Part shown: piece by piece, positions 57,192 through 64,000 of the stretch | Numbering within the stretch: position 1 is the first letter of the stretch | Layout: each line of letters opens with the position of its first letter | DNA from: Methanomassiliicoccales archaeon | Lineage (GTDB): Archaea > Thermoplasmatota > Thermoplasmata > Methanomassiliicoccales > UBA472 | Assembly: GCA_038740345.1 (NCBI GenBank) | Contig: JAVYMA010000003.1 | Location: forward strand, 1,470 to 65,469 | Direction of reading: 5' to 3' | DNA length: 64,000 nt | Notes under the pieces: generated by a model | Databases searched by the model: none | Told to the model about the DNA's origin: nothing | The model's input: the letters and a program-made list of their open reading frames with translations, nothing else | Made by a program: the position numbers and the translations under genes

Positions 57192-58975
57192 TTGATTGTC
57201 ATCGCGATGGTAGCTGTCGCCTCCTTCGCCAGCGCTCTCATCCTGCTAGGTCAGGATAAGGATGATGGCTCCGATTAGACGAAGGGATTCCTGGTCGGGC
57301 CAGACGGTAGTGAGATAAACGCCTTCGACCCCCAAGTGAATATAATCATTCCCAGCGGATCCCTGGAATCCCAGCAGAAGATTATCCTCAGGAGGGTCTC
57401 ACTTTCAAACACCTCTTACATCGCGGAGACCGCTTTCGAGTTAAGGCCTGATGACATCTCCTTCAAGAGACCGATCCAGATCAGAATAATGTATGATTCC
57501 TCAAAAGTACCTAACGAGAGGAGCGAGAGCGACCTCTGTCTAGGTAGGCTTGAGTAGGGGAAATGAAGAACGATAGTGGCAAGCGGTGTGAATGTGACAA
57601 CGAAAGCGGTATGCGGCCTTACCACCAGCTTTAGCACCTATGCGGTGATAGCGAACTCGACGAGGGTCTCGATCAATGGCCCGAATCACGCCTATCCCAA
57701 CGGGATGATGGAGATGACCTATTTCATATCCACTCCCATACCGCAGTACGTCATGGGGTATAGGGCTAGCTGGTCTAAAGAATCTGATGATGGAGCGCTC
57801 TACGAAAGAAGGGATGACGGTAGTGGTCTATATTCGACCTTGGTCGTCCAATATGTGAACAATCTGCCTGTAGCTGGTTCGAGGGTATACTTCTTACCAT
57901 ATCAGGAGCCCATCTCGGAGTGCTGGCAAGAGTGGCTTTGGAGTTGTCTATCACATTCGATATGGACGTATTCAACGGGCCATATTATCTATTCGGCCAT
58001 GCCTCGACCGATGTGGAGATAACCTATCCTGAGGCCATCATCTCTCCGCAGCAAGCTTCTTGCACTCCAGGAGGACAGGTCATATTGCTCCCAGAAGCGC
58101 GAAAGACACCTTCAGACTTTAAGCCATATTGGCATTGGGAGACCGATGCCAACAAGGGCAAGCTATTCGACGCCGGCCAGGACCCCTCCAGCGCGAGCGG
58201 TTCTGCCAACATAGAGAAGACTGACGGCAGTTACGCGATCTTCAAGGCCTCAGAAAGTGCGGAGGTCGGTTCAATCGCGCAGGTCCGTCTGGGGGTATGG
58301 GTGAATGACCCTTATGGCACAGGCAATATCACCCAAGGCCATGGGATGTCGAATATCACGATCATGGACACGCCAATTAGGATTGTATTCGACTACCAGC
58401 CTCAGATAGATTATTGGCATGAGAACTCTGCGAGCTTGTCAGCGGTAGTCTCAGGAGCCCCTGCGGGAACCAAGCGATATGTTTGGAACACTACGGGACT
58501 CTATGGCGGCTTCGGACAGGTTTGGCCCTCATATCAGAGGTCATTCATCAGTTCGGCTCCCTTCGCCTATTATTCCGGCAACGGTAACGGCAGCGACGGG
58601 GACAGAGATGTGATTTCGGTGTCCGTATAAGTTTGGCAGGATGCTTCATGAAAGTTGATAGGGAATGCCTCGGCCAGCATCGAAGTTTGGTATCCACTGA
58701 CGACCTATGCCCTGCTTGATCAAGAGAAGTCCACGGCCTTCTTGGGCTTAGGCAGCAGTTGGGCCATCTACGTGGTGAATCATGGGGCGATAACCGATCT
58801 GTCGAGCTTCCATGCGCGTAAGGGTGATTTCATCAGAGTCATGATATTCTATAGAGGGACCCCGTACTATGAGCCAAGAGACCTCTATCTTTGGAAAGGA
58901 GACAATAATAGATTGTTGCTATCTTCTTCGGAAATGGTTACTGGATCGGATAGGATATTTGTGATAAATTTGTAA
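57192..58975 (+). pseudogene. multiply disrupted gene for a membrane-anchored/secreted protein
   Basis: One reading frame carries a signal-anchor (LIVIAMVAVASFASALILLG) and continues through in-frame TAG 57276, TAG 57555 and TGA 57564. It then needs a frame change between about 57920 and 58022, and crosses TAA 58628 and TGA 58649. The ORF track shows the pieces as 57336.., 57576.., 57920.. and 58655... Confidence 0.55.
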
Positions 58976-59356
58976 GAATTTTTTTATTAAATTTTGATTA
59001 CATTATATTTATTTTTATTTTTTAATTAAGAAAAATATTTTTATTTAAAATGTCTGAAATATTTATATGATGGGAAAATATAAAACAATTTTTTCGTAAA
59101 TATTCAAATCTCAAACAACATTTATAAAATATAAAAAAATATTTATTTTAATTCAATTATAAGTATTAATTGAAAATGGATTCTAAATATTTTGATAAAA
59201 ATTATTACAATATTTGATTTATATATTAAAAAAACAATTTAGCCCGCAAAAATAAATTGTATAAGAAAAACATTATTAGAAAAGCATACTGTTGAGAAAG
59301 TCGTATTGAATCGAGTGCTCTCCAAGTTTAAATGCTTAAAATCATAAACTAAGTGG

Positions 59357-60208
59357 ATGATTTGGGGTATGTATATGAAACCATATTTTTCAATTCCGGG
59401 ATTCGAACTTTATCTTCAAGATTGTCTTGTTGCTCTAGACGAACTTGAGCCAGAATCGGTAGATATGATTTTTGCAGATCCACCATATAACCTTTCCAAT
59501 GGTGGTTTCACTTGTCATTCTGGAAAACGTGCTCCCGTCAACAAAGGAGAATGGGATATTAGTAGAGGTATTGAGAATGATTTTGAATTTCATAAACAAT
59601 GGATATCAAAGTGTAAACGTTTACTGAAAGAAAATGCCACTATTTGGATCAGTGGAACATATCACTCAATTTATGCCTGCGGGTTCGCTCTTCAATTATG
59701 TGGTTACCAAATATTGAATGATATATGCTGGTTCAAACCAAACGCGGCTCCAAATATCAGTACAAGATATTTTACGGCGAGCCACGAGACATTGATTTGG
59801 GCCAAAAAAAGTGCCGATTCCAAACATTATTTCAATTATGAATTAATGAAAAATGGCGTGTGGAAAAAAGACCCCCTAAAGAAACCTGGCAAGCAAATGA
59901 GATCAGTATGGAGTATACCAACTCCATCGCCAAGTGAAAAAAAATTGGGAAAACACCCCACCCAAAAACCAATTGAATTATTAATGAGGATAATTTTGTC
60001 TAGTACAAAGGAAGGAGATACGATCCTTGATCCATTTACTGGAAGTTCAACAACTGGTCTTGTTGCTTATGCGACTAATAGAAAATTCATAGGAATTGAT
60101 AATAATAAAGAATATTTAGATTTATCAATTAAAAGACTTAACGCACTTCAGGATGACATGAGTAAAGTAAAAAAATTTATCACGTGCAAGTTAGGAAATT
60201 TTGAGTGA
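59357..60208 (+). CDS. beta-class exocyclic-amino (N6A/N4C) DNA methyltransferase
   Basis: FADPPYNL (motif IV) is N-terminal and ILDPFTGSSTTG (motif I) C-terminal, with a CcrM/M.HinfI-like middle (WISGTYHSIY...NDICWFKPNAAPN...SHETLIWAKK). The start could be ATG 59375. Confidence 0.85.
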   Translation: MIWGMYMKPYFSIPGFELYLQDCLVALDELEPESVDMIFADPPYNLSNGGFTCHSGKRAPVNKGEWDISRGIENDFEFHKQWISKCKRLLKENATIWISGTYHSIYACGFALQLCGYQILNDICWFKPNAAPNISTRYFTASHETLIWAKKSADSKHYFNYELMKNGVWKKDPLKKPGKQMRSVWSIPTPSPSEKKLGKHPTQKPIELLMRIILSSTKEGDTILDPFTGSSTTGLVAYATNRKFIGIDNNKEYLDLSIKRLNALQDDMSKVKKFITCKLGNFE

Positions 60209-60220
60209 GGGAGGGTTAAT

Positions 60221-61429
60221 TTGTCAGAATTTATAAAATTTTTAGAGAGAATTGCCAACGTTTGCGGAATAAAATTAACTCAAGAACATTTCATGGGAAT
60301 TGACGAGTACCACGTTGCATCTAAAATATTACATGAAATAAACTCATTTTTTTATCAAAAAAAACAGTCAATTCCGGGTGACTATATATCCGAATTTCAT
60401 ATATATTGGAAGAATAACCATAAAAAAATTCTAAGGCCGACTGTAGGACCAAATGGGGAATGTTTAGAGGTCGCTAAAATATTTGAGGGTATATATTCAA
60501 AAACAAGAGTGAAAGTGCATGTAGATACATTGGATTTAACAGCAGAAGAAATAGCAAATGTTCGTTTTTTTACTTCGATTCAAGATTTTAATATCGATAT
60601 CCATGCAAGGGGTAATCCTTTTGAATTATACAAACGAATCCCAGAAAGTTTCTCCCCAAAAAAAATCGTAAATAACGAACTTCTGATTGATACGTTTCTA
60701 AATATGATTGGTGCAGATTCACAAAGAGATAAAAGAAAAAAATGGATGGAAAATGCTGCGAGACTTTTAGTTGAACGTTATGATGGATCCGCGCTCAATA
60801 TTTGTAATGTACATAATGGTGATGTTTTAGAGATTATAAAGGCACTCACTGAAAACGAAAGAAATGGTCTTTCTATCAAAAAGGCCCATATGCTTCTTCG
60901 GGATATGGCTGATCTAGGTATTTGGTCATATTCTAAAAATTCAGACAAACTTGATGTAATGAGTGATAAAAATACCATGAGGGTAGCATTAAGAACCGGC
61001 ATCGTTCAATTTAGTATACCCTTACTGGCAAGTTATCTAGATGTTTATTGCTACCAATACTCTTTAGTCGATCAAGTCTGCAGAGATGCTTGGAGAAAAG
61101 TATGGGAAGATTGGGGTAGTTTGCCAAATAACCATAGACCCCCAACGCCAGCATCAATGGATTATCTGATATATAGATTGGGTAAAATTGTTTGTAAAAA
61201 TCAGAAAAGGATATGTTTTCCATCACCACCTGCGGACTTCAAGCAAATTGAAAGTATGTTCCCTCAAGATAGATTGGCATTCGACAAAGATGGATATTGC
61301 ATCTTCAATAGACTTTGTAAACCTGAAAGAAAGATATTGAATCCACCAAATAGCATATCAATTAAAGGAATGACTGGATGGGATCGAGGTAAGACAAACG
61401 AGGGTGGAGGTGGAGGAATTTCTTCTTAA
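60221..61429 (+). CDS. endonuclease III-like HhH-GPD protein with split 4-Cys Fe-S loop and a long novel N-terminal extension (402 aa)
   Basis: TTG start 5 nt after GGGAGGG. Contains NGLSIKKAHMLLRDM (HhH with Lys), DVMSDKNTMRVALRTG (Asp region), CKNQKRIC...CIFNRLC (C-x6-C ... C-x5-C). See the first finding. Confidence 0.6.
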   Translation: MSEFIKFLERIANVCGIKLTQEHFMGIDEYHVASKILHEINSFFYQKKQSIPGDYISEFHIYWKNNHKKILRPTVGPNGECLEVAKIFEGIYSKTRVKVHVDTLDLTAEEIANVRFFTSIQDFNIDIHARGNPFELYKRIPESFSPKKIVNNELLIDTFLNMIGADSQRDKRKKWMENAARLLVERYDGSALNICNVHNGDVLEIIKALTENERNGLSIKKAHMLLRDMADLGIWSYSKNSDKLDVMSDKNTMRVALRTGIVQFSIPLLASYLDVYCYQYSLVDQVCRDAWRKVWEDWGSLPNNHRPPTPASMDYLIYRLGKIVCKNQKRICFPSPPADFKQIESMFPQDRLAFDKDGYCIFNRLCKPERKILNPPNSISIKGMTGWDRGKTNEGGGGGISS

Positions 61430-61613
61430 TTACAAAATAAAATATTTTTAAATTAATTTTAAAATTTGTTAATCAATTTCATTATTTTTTATAACTTAGA
61501 ATAATATCTATGCAAATCCCATTGAAATATTTATCAACTTTTCATCTTTAGAGAGAATAATTATAAATAAAGCTTTGTTTTAAAAATATTATTTGCTGGA
61601 TATTATTAAGGAG

Positions 61614-61686
61614 TGCTCCCGTCGGGATTTGAACCCGAGTCGAAGCCTCGAGAGGGCTTCATGATTGGCCACTACACTACGGGAGC
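61614..61686 (-). tRNA. tRNA-Glu (anticodon CTC), CCA not encoded
   Basis: The reverse complement GCTCCCGTAGTGTAGTGGCCAATCATGAAGCCCTCTCGAGGCTTCGACTCGGGTTCAAATCCCGACGGGAGCA has acceptor GCTCCCG/CGGGAGC and anticodon loop CTCTCGA. Confidence 0.88.
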
Positions 61687-61709
61687 GCGGTAAGGCCACA
61701 ATCAAAACG

Positions 61710-61725
61710 CCTTTATTAAACCTTT
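61710..61725 (-). promoter_or_regulatory. BRE/TATA-like promoter element of tRNA-Glu
   Basis: The minus strand reads AAAGGTTTAATAAAGG, ending about 24-26 nt upstream of the tRNA 5' end. It is nearly identical to the element upstream of tRNA-iMet. Confidence 0.5.
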
Positions 61726-61819
61726 CTCCTTTCCCTTGGATTCTTTTAAGCTAACATTGGCCACGTGGATAATTCATTTAACCGCAATCATAATGTGAGC
61801 CCACAATGTTCTTTCATTT

Positions 61820-62347
61820 ATGGCCTCAGTGAGGTTGCGCTATAGGCGATCCACCTTTATCCCGACCGTATTGTTGCTCGGCCTGGCGCTCGTATTTTTG
61901 AACGCTTTCTTCGCCCTCTTGGTCAACGATGTGCTGTCAGTCTTTTTGGCCGTGCTCGTCTCGCTCGTGCTCTTCTCCGTCATAGGCCTCTCACCCCTCC
62001 TGACAACTCATCTCCTGGATGACGATCATTTGGAGCTCCGCCAAGGTTGGTATTTTCGAGGAAGGATACCCATTGACAATATCACATCCTTGGAATGCAT
62101 AGATAAGGGTCCATTCCGCACTGGTGTGTTCTTCAGATTGAGCGGGAACGCATTATTCGTCACCACTCAGCGTCATGGACTTTTTAAGATTTCTTTACGG
62201 GAAGCTCAGCGCTTTGGCTTCGCTCTGGGAAAGCGCGCGCATGAAGTATATTTCGATACCCTCGACCGAGATCTTTTGATGAAGAAGCTCAAAGAGAGAG
62301 GGATCACTCCCTCCAATCAAGTCCAACCGTCCTCAGTCCTAGCTTAG
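61820..62347 (+). CDS. membrane protein with possible bacterial-PH-like domain
   Basis: Two N-terminal TM helices, then a soluble domain of about 100 aa (LELRQGWYFRGRIPIDNITSLE...). The family assignment is tentative. Its 3' end overlaps nadE by 44 nt, convergently. Confidence 0.4.
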   Translation: MASVRLRYRRSTFIPTVLLLGLALVFLNAFFALLVNDVLSVFLAVLVSLVLFSVIGLSPLLTTHLLDDDHLELRQGWYFRGRIPIDNITSLECIDKGPFRTGVFFRLSGNALFVTTQRHGLFKISLREAQRFGFALGKRAHEVYFDTLDRDLLMKKLKERGITPSNQVQPSSVLA

Positions 62348-63101
62348 GTATGAGCGGCATCTTTCTCTTATGCACCGAATCCCTATGCATGGACCATATC
62401 CTCTCCACCTTATGCATCGGGATCCCCGTGCGCTTCGATATCTCCTCGTTGGACAGACTCAGCTCGAATCCTATCAGTATCTGGTCGAGCTCATCATAGC
62501 TGATTCCGATCTCGCCCTCATCTGTCTGCCCTTTCCATAAACCTGCGCTAGGGATCTTGTTCCTGATGCGCTCCGGTACCCCCAGGACCTTGGCCAGCTC
62601 CCTTACTTCGGATTTATATAAGTCCCCTATAGGGCAGAAATCGGCACCCCCGTCCCCGAACTTGGTGAAGTACCCTATGAGCAGTTCGGACTTATTGCTC
62701 GTGCCCATGACCACGCATCGATTCAGCCTCGCATAGTGATAGAGCACCATCATCCTTACCCTGGCTTTGGCGTTGCCAAGAAGGCATCGGTCGGTCGCAT
62801 TTGGAAGAATGCTTGAGATCTGGCTCAAGATGGGTGAGATATCCACCACTTCCAGCTTTGTGCCGAGCCCTTTGCACAACGCCTTCACGTCCTCAAAATC
62901 CTCTTCCGGCGTGCTCTCGGTAGGCATGAAGATGTTCATCACCTTCTCCGGCCCAAGCGCTCTGACGCACAAAGTCGACACCGCTGCCGAATCGATGCCT
63001 CCGCTGACCCCGACAACAACCCCTCTCGCCCCGCTCTCCTTTACTGAGGTGGATATGAATTCCAAGATCGTCTCTATAGTAAGCTCGCGCAAAGGGGGCA
63101 T
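62304..63101 (-). CDS. nadE: NH3-dependent NAD+ synthetase
   Basis: PP-loop GVSGGIDSA and the family pattern GTSNKSE...GYFTKFGDG. Confidence 0.9.
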   Translation of the reverse strand: MPPLRELTIETILEFISTSVKESGARGVVVGVSGGIDSAAVSTLCVRALGPEKVMNIFMPTESTPEEDFEDVKALCKGLGTKLEVVDISPILSQISSILPNATDRCLLGNAKARVRMMVLYHYARLNRCVVMGTSNKSELLIGYFTKFGDGGADFCPIGDLYKSEVRELAKVLGVPERIRNKIPSAGLWKGQTDEGEIGISYDELDQILIGFELSLSNEEISKRTGIPMHKVERIWSMHRDSVHKRKMPLIPKLGLRTVGLDWRE

Positions 63102-63182
63102 GCTTTCGCATATATGCTTTCAGACTTTATTTTTTTCCCGTGGCTTAATATATACCCCTGAGGGTTCGAGTTCCATAGTGGA

Positions 63183-63968
63183 ATGATGAGGATCGCCGTC
63201 GCTCAGACACCTAATCGGTTGGGGGATAAGGAAGAAAACTTGCGAAGAATGCAGACGTGCGTAGCCAAAAAGGAGGCGGACATCTACGTGTTCGGCGAGA
63301 TGTTCCTTACGGGCTACATGTGCCGTGACCTGATACCCAAACTAGCAGAGGACGTTGATGGACGATCGATAAAGCGCGTGCAGGCTTTGGCTCAGGAGCA
63401 CGAGTGCTACGTTGTCTTCGGCATGCCCTTGTGGTCTAAGGAGGTGCCAGGGCTGTTGCATAACTGCTGCGTTTGCATCGGCCCCGAAGGGGAGGTGCAG
63501 ACATATGAAAAGCTGAATCTGGCCAATTTCGGTCCTTTCGAGGAGCGCTTCTACTTCACCCCCGGCCAGCAGCCAGTCATGTTCGATATCCTTGGCTCGC
63601 GCTTTGGAGTGTGCATCTGCTATGACATCTTCTTCCCTGAGCTCATAAAGAGCTATGCCTTGCAAGGGGCCAAGGGTCTGATATGCATCTCCGCCTCGCC
63701 CATCACATCCCGCGAGCAGTTCGAGAGGGTGCTTCCTGCTAGGGCCGCGGAGAATACCATGTATGTGCTCTATTCCAATCTGGTGGGGACGCAGCTAAAT
63801 ATGGTCTTCTTCGGAGGAGGACAGGCCTACAGCCCCAAGGGGGAAAGGCTGGTCAAGAACGATTATCTTAAGGAGGACATCAGGGTCGTGGAATTCGATC
63901 CCAAGGAGATCGCCATCGCAAGGCACATGAGGCCCACCATCAGGGACACTCTAGGCGGAGGGATCTAG
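63183..63968 (+). CDS. carbon-nitrogen hydrolase (nitrilase superfamily)
   Basis: MRIAVAQ..., a catalytic-triad context (FGE, K in YEKLN, CICYDIFFPE). Confidence 0.8.
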   Translation: MMRIAVAQTPNRLGDKEENLRRMQTCVAKKEADIYVFGEMFLTGYMCRDLIPKLAEDVDGRSIKRVQALAQEHECYVVFGMPLWSKEVPGLLHNCCVCIGPEGEVQTYEKLNLANFGPFEERFYFTPGQQPVMFDILGSRFGVCICYDIFFPELIKSYALQGAKGLICISASPITSREQFERVLPARAAENTMYVLYSNLVGTQLNMVFFGGGQAYSPKGERLVKNDYLKEDIRVVEFDPKEIAIARHMRPTIRDTLGGGI

Positions 63969-64000
63969 GGGGCAGGGCAACTTTTAAATTCGTTGAGACG

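Noticed and set aside
57276-57278. In-frame TAG codons in the fragmented surface-protein gene as possible pyrrolysine or read-through sites.
   Set aside because: The same frame is also broken by TGA and TAA codons and a frameshift. TAG is used as an ordinary stop in this window (for example at the end of glpC, 498-500). No pyl genes are present here. Decay is the simpler explanation.
56628-61613. Integrase, transposase or an att duplication of the tRNA-Glu 3' end that would define a classical integrated element.
   Set aside because: No recombinase-like ORF appears in any frame that I translated. I found no copy of the tRNA 3' segment (gtcgggatttgaacc) on the far side. Only weak AT-rich flank similarity exists.

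Overview
This 64-kb window is a gene-dense chromosomal segment from an archaeon. Supporting evidence: topoisomerase VI A and B subunits, class I LysRS, NAC, Sec61-beta/SecG, four-subunit pyruvate:ferredoxin oxidoreductase, and an A1:U72 initiator tRNA. A TA0175-like phosphoglycolate phosphatase hints at Thermoplasmatota, but that is inference only. All homology calls were made by eye from motifs, with no searches run. Most of the window is housekeeping: glpABC, rnhB, gatCAB convergent with a bacterial-type aspS, alaX, glnA, nac, porGDAB, ppsA, hisS, arcC, top6BA, gdhA, lysK, ppa, nikR, ppk2, nadE and three tRNAs. Genes are tightly packed, with many start/stop overlaps (ATGA, GTGA, TTGA) and GGTGA-type Shine-Dalgarno (SD) motifs 3-6 nt before starts. 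Items worth a second look: (1) A visibly AT-rich cassette next to tRNA-Glu (about 59.0-61.6 kb) carries a beta-class DPPY DNA methyltransferase. Its only partner is a 402-aa endonuclease-III-like protein (HhH-GPD fold plus split Fe-S Cys loop), making it a candidate base-excision restriction module. A multiply disrupted surface-protein gene lies beside it. (2) Two translationally coupled, divergent Csa3-like (CARF + wHTH) paralogs sit with no CRISPR array or cas gene in the window, near a CBS-ParB fusion. (3) Three conserved enzymes (glpC, mptA/folE2, porB), and possibly a kinase, have conserved N-termini encoded upstream of any ATG/GTG/TTG. Each has a near-cognate codon (ACG, ATC, CTG) correctly spaced behind an SD. 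(4) A Fe/corrinoid-type ABC importer operon has an embedded small radical SAM gene and an Ig-domain-extended binding protein. (5) An uncharacterised cluster is bracketed by two small Trp-centred paralogs, one of which is absent from the ORF track.
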